Shown here piece by piece: positions 43,590 to 52,557 of a stretch of 64,000 nucleotides of DNA; within the stretch, counting starts at the first letter, position 1; each line of letters opens with the position of its first letter. The position numbers were made by a program, and so were the translations under genes. The notes under the pieces were generated by a model. That model saw only the letters and a program-made list of their open reading frames with translations. It did not search any database and was not told the DNA's origin. The stretch is from Candidatus Omnitrophota bacterium (GTDB lineage: Bacteria > Omnitrophota > Gorgyraeia > B26-G9), in assembly GCA_043826565.1 (NCBI GenBank), contig JBDRPX010000004.1, positions 103,604 through 167,603 of the forward strand. The letters run 5' to 3'.

Positions 43590-44061
43590 AAACAGAAGTC
43601 AGAGGTCAGAAATCAGAGGTCAGAAGAAAAAAAATCTGTCATCTGTTATCTGTCATCCGACGTCTGGTTTTACCTTAGTCGAGGTGCTGGTTGCGGTGGT
43701 GGTTTTGTCCGTAGGATTAGTCATTATATATGAATCATTCTTAATGTCGCTCGATGTCATAAATTTGTTCTTCAATCGGTTAAATGCGCAGTTTTTCATA
43801 AGTGAAAAAATTGCTCAGGTTCAGCATGGATTCGACCAGCCGGCGGGAACTTTTTTCTCTCCAAATCAAAACGGAATAGTTACTTTAAATAACCGTCTGT
43901 TTAATTGGCAAATAGATATGAATTTGCTTGATGTCCGAGGGGAACTTTATAAGCTTGATACTGTTGTTTCCTGGAAAGAGGGATCTAAAGATAGTGTGAT
44001 CCGCCGGTCTACGCTGGTTAAAAAATATTTTTCTAATTCCTGCCCGGAGAAAAAAAGGTAA
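43567..44061 (+). CDS. Minor pseudopilin (GspI-like) with elongated leader peptide
   Basis: ATG 43567 overlaps the end of gspG; SG|FTLVEVLVAVVVL methylation motif. The leader contains a heptamer palindrome. Confidence 0.8.
   Translation: MMLIIGSKNRSQRSEIRGQKKKNLSSVICHPTSGFTLVEVLVAVVVLSVGLVIIYESFLMSLDVINLFFNRLNAQFFISEKIAQVQHGFDQPAGTFFSPNQNGIVTLNNRLFNWQIDMNLLDVRGELYKLDTVVSWKEGSKDSVIRRSTLVKKYFSNSCPEKKR
43593..43666. repeat. Inverted heptamer array (CAGARRT)/(TCTGTYA) inside the prepilin leader
   Basis: cagaagt cagaggt cagaaat cagaggt cagaag ... tctgtca tctgtta tctgtca tccgacg tctg. Confidence 0.85.
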
Positions 44062-44069
44062 TCGTGTTT

Positions 44070-44690
44070 ATGGGAATAAATAATAAAAAAGGTTTTACTT
44101 TTCTGGAAATGCTCATGTCCGCGGCCATGACCGCGGTTTTAGCCGTGACTTTATATGGAATGCTGGCTAATGGTTTAAAAGTATGGACTGTAGTTAATCG
44201 AGAGTCTCCGCAATTAGATAGAAGTTTATTTTTTGAAAGTATTACGGAAGAATTAAGTAATAGTTTTGAGTTTGCCGGTATCGAATTTACGGGAGATCAA
44301 ATCAGTTTTTCTTTTCCTGCTTTGATGAAGGTTTCGGGAAGAGAAGACGGATTTTATGAAGAAATAGGTTTGGTTAGATATTTTTATGATAAGAATGATA
44401 AAAATATAAACAAACAGCAAGTCAGTTATCAGCAATTACACCAAATGAAGAAGACAGAGTCCCGGGAAAAAATGAAGGAAGTTGAGTCTTTTTCCTTAAG
44501 CTATTATTTTTATGACAAAGAAAAAGATACATTTTTCTGGTCTTCCGTATGGCCTCCGGAGATGCCGGAACCAACTAAAACTATAGGCCTTCCTCAGGCG
44601 GTGCATATAGAGATGTCTTTTAAAGACGGAGTCAAAATTGAGAAGTGCAGCAGGATTATTACGATTCCTTCCGGAGGATTGGTTGGTTGA
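44070..44690 (+). CDS. Minor pseudopilin (GspJ-like)
   Basis: KG|FTFLEMLMSAAM; C-terminal LPQAVHIEMSF typical of GspJ. Confidence 0.8.
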   Translation: MGINNKKGFTFLEMLMSAAMTAVLAVTLYGMLANGLKVWTVVNRESPQLDRSLFFESITEELSNSFEFAGIEFTGDQISFSFPALMKVSGREDGFYEEIGLVRYFYDKNDKNINKQQVSYQQLHQMKKTESREKMKEVESFSLSYYFYDKEKDTFFWSSVWPPEMPEPTKTIGLPQAVHIEMSFKDGVKIEKCSRIITIPSGGLVG

Positions 44691-44782
44691 AATGATGATT
44701 ATTGAGAGTTGATAATTGAAAATTGTAAAAATATTTGATGTTTTTCCAATAGACAACACTCAACGGTCAATTTTCTTATTAA
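44690..44782. repeat. Inverted heptamer array (RTTGAN)/(CAAYNN)
   Basis: attgagagttgataattgaaaattgtaaaa ... tttccaatagacaacactcaacggtcaatttt; closely resembles 33907-33984. Confidence 0.7.
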
Positions 44783-44809
44783 CTATTTTAGGAAAAATTA
44801 TTTAAGCAT

Positions 44810-45910
44810 ATGAAAAGGTTACAGTTTAACGATAATGGTAGCGTACTAATATTAGTGTTATGGATGCTTGGACTTTTAACGGTTTTTGCGGTATACTTAG
44901 GAATTGGTGTCAGGCAAAAGTTAGACTTTCTAAATCGCTTGGAAACGCGGAATAAGCTGAGTTTGATCGCGGAAGCCGGGGTCAAAAAAGCGATTGCCGA
45001 GATCGGGAATATGGATGTCGAACGTTCGGTCATATCACTAGGTGAGCCGATCTTTAATAATGAAGCAGTTTTTTCGCAAAGTAAGATCGCAGAAGGATGG
45101 TTTACCGTAGGATATAATTGTCGTCCGGATGATTTTCATGCTTATGGCAGTGTGGGCGATGAGAAGGAAATGATGTTCGGGGTGCGGGATGCGGCCGGAA
45201 ATATAAATCTCAATTTTGCGAATCGTAATGAACTTATCCGGTTATTACAGTCAGCGGCGGGAGTGGAAGCGTATATGGCTGATCAAATCGCTTCCAGTAT
45301 TGTTGACTGGAGAGATAGAGACAGTATGTCCGCGCCTAATGGGGCAGAGGATAATTATTATCAAGGGTTAAAAGAACCTTATGATTGTAAAGATGATTTA
45401 TTTACAACACAGGAAGAATTGTGTTATGTCCGGGGGATGACCCGGGGAATTTTTGAAAAAATTGAACCGTATATTACGGTTTTTGGTTCCGGGCAGGTGA
45501 ATATTAATACCGCGCCGAAAATAGTGCTTAACAGTTTAGGCTTAAGTAATAGACTGGTGACAAAGATTCTGTTGTTCCGCTGCGGTGAGGATAAGATTCC
45601 GGCAACTGCTGATGACCGTGTTTTTAACAGCTCTTCTTCGGTTATGGCCGAACTAAGTCAGATGTATTCTCTGACTCCGAGCGAAGCGGCAGAACTAAGT
45701 AATTTGGTTTCTCAAGGGAGAATTACGGTAAATTCAGGTGTTTTTTTGATTCAAAGCACAGCTTTTCTTGAACGCAAAAATGGCAAATGTAAAATTGATT
45801 GTGTTCTTGAAAAAAATCTGGTACCGGAAACTATAAGAGCAGGCTGGATTTTAAGTTGGCGCATAAGGTATTTAAATCAAGAGGAAACTTACAAACTGGA
45901 TAATATATGA
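44810..45910 (+). CDS. gspK: Type II secretion minor pseudopilin GspK
   Basis: NG|SVLILVLWML, INLNFA, IVDWRD, EELCYVRGM, VNINTAPKIVL. Confidence 0.88.
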   Translation: MKRLQFNDNGSVLILVLWMLGLLTVFAVYLGIGVRQKLDFLNRLETRNKLSLIAEAGVKKAIAEIGNMDVERSVISLGEPIFNNEAVFSQSKIAEGWFTVGYNCRPDDFHAYGSVGDEKEMMFGVRDAAGNINLNFANRNELIRLLQSAAGVEAYMADQIASSIVDWRDRDSMSAPNGAEDNYYQGLKEPYDCKDDLFTTQEELCYVRGMTRGIFEKIEPYITVFGSGQVNINTAPKIVLNSLGLSNRLVTKILLFRCGEDKIPATADDRVFNSSSSVMAELSQMYSLTPSEAAELSNLVSQGRITVNSGVFLIQSTAFLERKNGKCKIDCVLEKNLVPETIRAGWILSWRIRYLNQEETYKLDNI

Positions 45911-47340
45911 TTAGACAATCAGATATAGTTGGATTTGATATCAGCGGAGATGAATTGGTTTTTTGTTATGTGAAAAATTCCGGTACAAAAAAAGAAATCC
46001 TTAGCCTGCTGACATATAATATAAAGGAATCATCTTCTGATGATATCGCCGGAATGGTAAAAAAGATTTTTAAGGATCTAAAAATAAAAAATCCTTATCT
46101 TGTCAATGTTATTCCCCTTAATCTGGCGATTACAAAAAATTTGGAAATTCCTTCGCTGGACCCTAAAGAAATAAAGGAAATTGTGGATTTACAGTCCGGA
46201 CGGCAGACGCCGTATGCACGGGAAGAGATCATTGTCGATTATATAAATCATGGTGAGTACCGTCAAAGCTATACAAAGATACTATTGGTGATTGTTCCCC
46301 GGGAGGCGATAAAAAAGCAATTTGAAGTGATGACTAAAGCCGGAGTTAATATCGAAAAGATCCTGTTTGCTCCGGAAGGCTTAAGCGCGGTATGTACGCA
46401 GCAGATAAAAGCAGAGATACAGGATAACCCGATAGGGATTATTCATATCGATACGAATTTTACTGATTTTATTATTTCCCTAAAAGGTGTTCCGATTTTT
46501 ACCCGAAGTATTCCCATAGAATCCGGACAAATAATCAATGAAAAGGAAAAATTCGTGGAAGAGTTAAAAAAATCGGTGGAGACATATTATTCCGAAGATA
46601 TAGATAAATCACCGCATGTGCTGATCTTGACGGGTATTACCGAGCAATCAAAGGAATTGGAAATTTCCTTGACCACGCAATTGCATATCCCGGTAAAAAC
46701 TATCCCATATTTTAGCCAATTACCTCTTAATGCTAATATTTCCACGATGCCTTCAATAGCGCGGCATCTTTCATTTTTTAATGTTGCTTCGGTGCTTTTG
46801 TTCCCGCAAGATATGAAAGTCAATCTTATCCCTGAAGAAATAAAATTGAAACGTTCTTTTGAGGAGAGGGCTTATGAATTGATAAAAATGGGCGTATATG
46901 TAATTTGTCTGCTGATTATGGTTGGCGGGTTCTTTCTGGGGAGGGTATATTTTAGGGGCAGATATCTCGAGCGCCTGAAGGAGCAGTATCAGACGACTAA
47001 TCAGGAAGCCCAGGTTTTAGAGAAATCAATGGAGAAGATCCGGATGATTAAACATTATCTTAAAAGCCGGGGGTATCCATTGCAGGTTTTGGCGGCTGTC
47101 TATGATGTGCTGCCCAACCGGATTTTACTTGATAGTATTAAGATGGATAAAGATGGTAATCTATATTTAAAAGGCACGGCCAGAGCAATGTCGGATGTAT
47201 TTGCTTTTGTGGTTGCTTTAGAAGATTCTTCTCATTTTAGTAATGTGCAGACTAACTATACGACTTCCCGAAAAGAAGACGGCGAGGATTGGGCGGATTT
47301 CGGTATTGTCTGTCTTTTGGAACAAAATATTATTAACTGA
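45907..47340 (+). CDS. PilM/GspL actin-like domain fused to a PilN-like domain
   Basis: VGFDISG actin-like start, ILTG, VNLIPEE, TM helix, then a PilN-like periplasmic domain. Confidence 0.8.
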   Translation: MIRQSDIVGFDISGDELVFCYVKNSGTKKEILSLLTYNIKESSSDDIAGMVKKIFKDLKIKNPYLVNVIPLNLAITKNLEIPSLDPKEIKEIVDLQSGRQTPYAREEIIVDYINHGEYRQSYTKILLVIVPREAIKKQFEVMTKAGVNIEKILFAPEGLSAVCTQQIKAEIQDNPIGIIHIDTNFTDFIISLKGVPIFTRSIPIESGQIINEKEKFVEELKKSVETYYSEDIDKSPHVLILTGITEQSKELEISLTTQLHIPVKTIPYFSQLPLNANISTMPSIARHLSFFNVASVLLFPQDMKVNLIPEEIKLKRSFEERAYELIKMGVYVICLLIMVGGFFLGRVYFRGRYLERLKEQYQTTNQEAQVLEKSMEKIRMIKHYLKSRGYPLQVLAAVYDVLPNRILLDSIKMDKDGNLYLKGTARAMSDVFAFVVALEDSSHFSNVQTNYTTSRKEDGEDWADFGIVCLLEQNIIN

Positions 47341-47357
47341 TGTAAACCGAGGAAGAG

Positions 47358-47900
47358 ATGATTAAGGGATTTATTTCCAGGCTATCAAAAAGAGAAAAGA
47401 CAGTATTATATGTTTCTCTGGGGTTTGCACTGCTGGCCTTAATGGATCGGGCGGTGGTTGGCCCGATTATCGGCAAGCTGAATTCTTTGGAAAAAGAGAT
47501 TCAGGAGACCGAGCACCAGATCAAAAAAAATCTGATCATTAAATCTCAGCAGAAGCGTATAAATGAGGAAGAAAAGCAATACGCGACGTTTTCTGTGGAA
47601 GCCGGGTCCGGAGAAGAGGAAACAGCTTCTTTATTAAAGGATATCGAAAACCTGGCTACGGAATTTTCGATTTATCTAATTGATATGAAACCGCTTACTG
47701 TGGTTTCCGGAGGAGGAATTAAGAAATACGTGGTATCCTTAAGCTGTGAGGCGGAGATGAAAGCAATGGTTACTTTTTTATATGCCATGGAAAATGCCGA
47801 TAAACTTCTACAAATAGGAGCGTTTAATATTACTCCGAAGAATAAGCAGTCAAGTGTCGGACGATGTGAATTATTAGTATATAAGATAGTTATCCCGTGA
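47358..47900 (+). CDS. GspM/PilO-like assembly protein
   Basis: LSKREK then TM helix, coiled coil and ferredoxin-like C-domain; follows the PilMN-like gene. Confidence 0.75.
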   Translation: MIKGFISRLSKREKTVLYVSLGFALLALMDRAVVGPIIGKLNSLEKEIQETEHQIKKNLIIKSQQKRINEEEKQYATFSVEAGSGEEETASLLKDIENLATEFSIYLIDMKPLTVVSGGGIKKYVVSLSCEAEMKAMVTFLYAMENADKLLQIGAFNITPKNKQSSVGRCELLVYKIVIP

Positions 47901-47916
47901 ATTTCTCCCCCCTCTA

Positions 47917-47945
47917 TTGCCAAAGCCTTTTTACAGTGGTATAAT
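47917..47945 (+). promoter_or_regulatory. sigma70 promoter for pgk
   Basis: TTGCCA-17 bp-(TGg)TATAAT. Confidence 0.75.
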
Positions 47946-47993
47946 AATTCTCTGATACAAAAAGATAAAAAAGAGTTTACCGTTACTCCTGCC

Positions 47994-48022
47994 CGCCAAT
48001 CTTTATGGCGGAAAGATTGGCG
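47994..48022. repeat. Perfect 11-bp hairpin in the pgk leader
   Basis: CGCCAATCTTT-atggcgg-AAAGATTGGCG. Confidence 0.7.
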
Positions 48023-48103
48023 AGGTTTAATTCGCAGACGGACAAACCCCTATGATTTGCAATTCTGCAAATCATCTGCTCATTAAAGAAAGAGATTAAC
48101 AAA

Positions 48104-49285
48104 ATGAACAAAATGACTGTAAAAGATGTTGATTTAAAGGACAAAAAGGTATTGATGCGGGTGGATTTTAATGTTCCGCTGGATGAAAACCAAAATATAA
48201 CCGATGAACTTCGGATAGTTTCCGCACTACCGACAATTAAATATTGTTTGGAAAATCAGGCTAAAAAGATTGTCCTGATGAGCCACCTGGGCCGGCCTAA
48301 AGGAAAAGTCGTCGATACAATGAGCCTGGCTCCGGTTGCAAAAAGATTAAGCGAATTGCTTAATCTTCCGGTAAAAAAGCTCAATGATTGTGTGGGGAAA
48401 GAGATTGAGCAGGCAGTTGATTCTGCTTCTGAGAAGGTTATTTTGCTGGAAAACCTGCGTTTTCATGCGCAAGAAACAAAAAATGATGAAGATTTTGCCA
48501 AGCAATTATCCCGCATGGGTGAAATATTTATTAATGATGCTTTTGGTACGGCGCATCGCGCGCATGCTTCGACAGAAGGAGTAACCCATTATTTACCTTC
48601 ATATGCCGGACTTCTATTAGAAAAGGAAATCGCTTATTTAGGTAATATAGTTCAGGATCCGGAGCATCCTTTTGTTACGATCTTAGGCGGAGCAAAAGTA
48701 TCCGACAAGATCAAGATGATCGAAAATATTATGGATAAAGTAGATTGTTTTTTAATTGGCGGCGGTATGGCCTATACATTTTTAAAAGCGCAGGGAAAAG
48801 CTATTGGCAATTCTAAGCTGGAGGAAGATAGCATTGAACTGGCGCGTTCGATTTTAGAAAAAGCAGCGGCTAATAACGTAGACATTGTCCTTCCTGTTGA
48901 CAATGTTGTTGCCGATGAATTTAAGGAGGATGCTAATATCCTTAATGTCGGGGAAGATATCCCCGATGGTTATATGGGGCTGGATGTGGGCCTGAAAACA
49001 ATTGAGCTTTATAAAGAAAAATTAAAAAGCGCAAAAACAATTGTCTGGAATGGACCAGTAGGTGTTTTTGAAATGCCCTCTTTTGCTAAAGGTACGCAAG
49101 CGATTGCTGAATTTATCGCCACGCTTGATGCGACCAGTGTTATCGGCGGAGGAGATACTGCCAGTGCGGTGCGTAAATTTAATGTTGTCGACAAAATGAG
49201 CCATGTTTCTACCGGCGGCGGAGCCAGTCTGGAATTTCTGGAAGGGCTGGAATTGCCGGGAATCGCGGCTTTAAAAGACAAATAA
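48104..49285 (+). CDS. pgk: Phosphoglycerate kinase
   Basis: [57 protein letters not shown]. Confidence 0.98.
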   Translation: MNKMTVKDVDLKDKKVLMRVDFNVPLDENQNITDELRIVSALPTIKYCLENQAKKIVLMSHLGRPKGKVVDTMSLAPVAKRLSELLNLPVKKLNDCVGKEIEQAVDSASEKVILLENLRFHAQETKNDEDFAKQLSRMGEIFINDAFGTAHRAHASTEGVTHYLPSYAGLLLEKEIAYLGNIVQDPEHPFVTILGGAKVSDKIKMIENIMDKVDCFLIGGGMAYTFLKAQGKAIGNSKLEEDSIELARSILEKAAANNVDIVLPVDNVVADEFKEDANILNVGEDIPDGYMGLDVGLKTIELYKEKLKSAKTIVWNGPVGVFEMPSFAKGTQAIAEFIATLDATSVIGGGDTASAVRKFNVVDKMSHVSTGGGASLEFLEGLELPGIAALKDK

Positions 49286-49320
49286 TTTTAAAATTAACAA
49301 TGCAAAGTTAGCAATTTAAA

Positions 49321-49788
49321 ATGAAAATAAGAACTAAAATAAAAAAAGGATTTTCACTTGTTGAGCTTTTAGTTGTTATCGCGGTATTGGCGGTACTTAT
49401 CGGATTGCTGGCAGGCGGAGGCTCAACAGCGCGGAAAAAAGGAAAAATTTACAGTACCAAGGCAATGATTGCTTCCCTGGAAACAGCATTGGCAATGTAT
49501 CATTCTGATTATGGACAATATCCTGTGTCGGGAAATCAGAATTTAGTTAATCGTTTAGCTGATGAGGCAACGTACGGGCAGGGTGGCACCGCGCCGGAAG
49601 CTGATTGGAAAGGCCCATACATAAGTTTTAAGAATGAAGATTTGAATGGATCAATACCCGCGGCTAAGGTAATCGATGCCTGGGATAAAGATTTTCAATA
49701 TACACTTAATGTTAATAAATACTCAATTGTTTCCGGAGGGCCGGATGGTGATATTGGGACAACGGGAGATAATATAACTAGTGAGTAA
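49321..49788 (+). CDS. GspG-like (pseudo)pilin
   Basis: KG|FSLVELLVVIAVL; ALAMYHSDYGQYP, WKGPY, DAWDKDFQY, SGGPDG. Confidence 0.85.
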   Translation: MKIRTKIKKGFSLVELLVVIAVLAVLIGLLAGGGSTARKKGKIYSTKAMIASLETALAMYHSDYGQYPVSGNQNLVNRLADEATYGQGGTAPEADWKGPYISFKNEDLNGSIPAAKVIDAWDKDFQYTLNVNKYSIVSGGPDGDIGTTGDNITSE

Positions 49789-49790
49789 AG

Positions 49791-49817
49791 ACCTCTCACC
49801 CCTAAAGGGTTCGAGGT
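49791..49817. repeat. Small intergenic hairpin
   Basis: ACCTC tc ACCC ctaaa GGGT tc GAGGT. Confidence 0.5.
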
Positions 49818-49846
49818 TAATTTGCTAACGCAAATTAAGGAGAAAA

Positions 49847-50614
49847 ATGAGAAAGACTATAATTGCCGGAAACTGGAAGATGAATAAAACAATAACCGAA
49901 TCTTTAGATCTTGTTCGTGAACTAAGCATGGAGTTAAAGGATATAAGGGATGTTGATGTCGTTGTGTTTCCGGTTTTCACAGCTTTATACAGCGTGAGCC
50001 ATGAGATCGAAGGATCAAATATAAAATTAGGAGCCCAAAATCTGTTTTGGGAAGAGAAGGGCGCTTTTACCGGAGAAGTTTCTCCGGCAATGATTAAAGA
50101 TGCTAATTGTGAATATGTAATAATCGGACATTCGGAACGCCGCAGTATTTTTAAAGAAACAAATGAATTTGTGAACAAAAAACTTAAAGCGGCATTAAAA
50201 GCGGGATTATTGCCGATTGTCTGCGTGGGAGAGCGTTTGGAAGAACGGCAGAAAAATCAGACGTTTGATGTTATTCGAGATCATATAACCGGTGCTTTTG
50301 AAGGATTAAGCGCCGATGATTTAAAAAATGTTATTATTGCCTATGAACCGGTATGGGCGATCGGTACCGGACAGGTGGCCACCCCGGAGCAGGCGCAGGA
50401 AGTACATGTGTTTATCCGTAAGCTTATTGAAGATAATTTCGGCGCGCAGGCAGCTGCGGCAATGATAATTCAGTACGGCGGAAGTGTGACCCCGGATAAT
50501 ATAAAGGCCTTGATATCTCAGCCGGATATTGATGGAGCCTTAGTCGGTGGAGCGGCTTTAAAAGCAGGGTCTTTTTTAGGGATCATCAAACAATGTTTGC
50601 CTGCGGAAGTATAA
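49847..50614 (+). CDS. tpiA: Triosephosphate isomerase
   Basis: AGNWKMN, IIGHSERR, AYEPVWAIGTG, YGGSV, DGALVGGA. Confidence 0.98.
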   Translation: MRKTIIAGNWKMNKTITESLDLVRELSMELKDIRDVDVVVFPVFTALYSVSHEIEGSNIKLGAQNLFWEEKGAFTGEVSPAMIKDANCEYVIIGHSERRSIFKETNEFVNKKLKAALKAGLLPIVCVGERLEERQKNQTFDVIRDHITGAFEGLSADDLKNVIIAYEPVWAIGTGQVATPEQAQEVHVFIRKLIEDNFGAQAAAAMIIQYGGSVTPDNIKALISQPDIDGALVGGAALKAGSFLGIIKQCLPAEV

Positions 50615-50622
50615 TTGATCTC

Positions 50623-50706
50623 GTAGGGAACGGGACTGCCCGTTCCTAGGATGGCATATAAATTTTATAATATCAAAAATACGGTTCAGGCAGGCCTGAA
50701 CCCTAC
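50623..50706. repeat. Inverted pair of GTAG-type REPs (REPIN-like)
   Basis: GTAG GGAACGGG actg CCCGTTCC (50623-50646) and GGTTCAGG cagg CCTGAACC CTAC (50683-50706). Confidence 0.8.
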
Positions 50707-50721
50707 AGGTTCTAAAAAACC

Positions 50722-52380
50722 ATGCTGAATAAACAGAAAATTATCAGCGAGTTTCTAACCGCTAAAGGTATAATTACAATTGACCAATTGCAGCAGGTCA
50801 AACAGCTGCAGGACCGTACTCAAGAAAGCATTAAAAGTGTTTTTAAAAAACTTAATATTTTTTGTGATAATCAGTTGGGCAATCTAATCATCGAAGAATT
50901 AGGTCTTTCCTTTATCGACCCTTTCACATTTACTTTTAAGCCGGCAATGCTGGAACTTACAGAATCTTTTTTTGCTAACCGTTTTCGGGTTATGCCGCTT
51001 GATATCCAAGGGGATGAGTTGACGATAGCGCTGGATAATCCTCTTAATTTTATTTTACTGGAATATTTCTCTAAAGTTTTAGGCTGTAAAATTAATGGTG
51101 AAATGATCCGGGTAGAAGCTATGGACGAACTGCTGAAAAAGTATTACCCCATAGCTTCGGAAGATATGGTTGCGCCTTCTCCGGAAGAGACCACAGATAG
51201 CGAGGGACATATAGCGGATGATGCTCCCGTAGTCCAGCTGGTAAGCATGCTGATTTCTGACGCGTATAGAAGAAGAGCCAGTGATATTCATATAGAGCCG
51301 TTACAGGAAACATTACGTATTCGTTACCGTATTGACGGGGTATTGCAGCAGGTCCAATCCCCGGTAAAGAAATTACAGGCTTCTGTAGCCAGCCGGATTA
51401 AATTAATGGCGGGAATGAATATCGCCGAGAAACGATTGCCTCAAGATGGAAGGATCCGTACGATTGTTGATAATCGGGAATTTGATTTAAGAGTTTCCAC
51501 TCTTCCGTCGCATTATGGGGAAAGTGTAGTTCTGCGTATTTTAGATAAAAGAGTTATGAATGTTGAAGAATTAGGGTTTTCCGATTTACAGCAGGAGGTT
51601 TTTAAAAATATTGCTAATTTCCCCAATGGAATCATTCTGGTTACCGGCCCGACCGGAAGCGGTAAAAGCACTACTCTTTATGCGGTGCTAAGTAGTATTA
51701 ATCGGGCGCAAAGAAAGATTCTAACGGTAGAAGATCCGGTAGAATATCAGATCTCCGGTATTAATCAGGTACAGGTAAAACCTACAATCGGACTTTCTTT
51801 TGCGATGGTCTTGCGGTCTATGCTTCGGCAGGCTCCGGACATTATAATGGTCGGTGAAATCAGAGATTTAGAAACCGCAAGTATTTCCGTGCAGTCGGCT
51901 TTGACCGGACATTTGATCTTTAGTACATTGCACACAAACGATGCCTCCAGTGCGATAACCAGGCTTGTGGATATGGGGATTAAACCATATCTTGCGGCAG
52001 CAACATTGCGGGCGGTTTTGGCCCAGCGGCTTATCCGTCTTTTATGCCCGCATTGTAAAGAAGCTTATAATCCTCCGAAAGATGAGGTGAAAATTTTAGA
52101 GATTGATTTGACGGATAAAGATGTGGTTTTATACCGGGCGAAAGGATGCAGCCAATGTTCTCATTCCGGTTATCTGGGACGCACGGGAATTTTTGAACTA
52201 TTGGTATTTGATGATGATATTCGGCAATTAACACATAAGCGTTTTCCGAGTACGAAAATTAGAGAAAGAGCCCGTTCGCGGGGTATGATCACCTTGAAAG
52301 AACATGCGACCGAAAAAGTCCTGAGCGGATTGACCAGTTTTCAGGAATTAGTGAGAGTTACGCAAAGTGATGTGGACTAG
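50722..52380 (+). CDS. pilB: PilB/GspE-family assembly ATPase
   Basis: ASDIHIEP, GPTGSGKSTT, LRQAPDIIMVGEIRD, TGHLIFSTLHTN, CxxC pairs. Confidence 0.88.
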   Translation: MLNKQKIISEFLTAKGIITIDQLQQVKQLQDRTQESIKSVFKKLNIFCDNQLGNLIIEELGLSFIDPFTFTFKPAMLELTESFFANRFRVMPLDIQGDELTIALDNPLNFILLEYFSKVLGCKINGEMIRVEAMDELLKKYYPIASEDMVAPSPEETTDSEGHIADDAPVVQLVSMLISDAYRRRASDIHIEPLQETLRIRYRIDGVLQQVQSPVKKLQASVASRIKLMAGMNIAEKRLPQDGRIRTIVDNREFDLRVSTLPSHYGESVVLRILDKRVMNVEELGFSDLQQEVFKNIANFPNGIILVTGPTGSGKSTTLYAVLSSINRAQRKILTVEDPVEYQISGINQVQVKPTIGLSFAMVLRSMLRQAPDIIMVGEIRDLETASISVQSALTGHLIFSTLHTNDASSAITRLVDMGIKPYLAAATLRAVLAQRLIRLLCPHCKEAYNPPKDEVKILEIDLTDKDVVLYRAKGCSQCSHSGYLGRTGIFELLVFDDDIRQLTHKRFPSTKIRERARSRGMITLKEHATEKVLSGLTSFQELVRVTQSDVD

Positions 52381-52406
52381 AAAATAAGGCTCAGAGCCTT
52401 ATTTTG

Positions 52407-52538
52407 AAATCACAATAAACAAATAACAGATTCCAAACAAATGACAATAACCAAAATTCAAATGACAAAAAATAGATTATAATATGCTTGGTGATTGATT
52501 TTTAAATATTGGAATTTGGAAATTGTAATTTGGAATTT
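52407..52538. repeat. Degenerate inverted heptamer array (CAAATNN)/(NNATTTG)
   Basis: aaatcacaataaacaaataacagattccaaacaaatgacaataaccaaaattcaaatgac ... attggaatttggaaattgtaatttggaattt. Confidence 0.7.
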
Positions 52539-52557
52539 AAAAAAATGGGGGTAGAAT

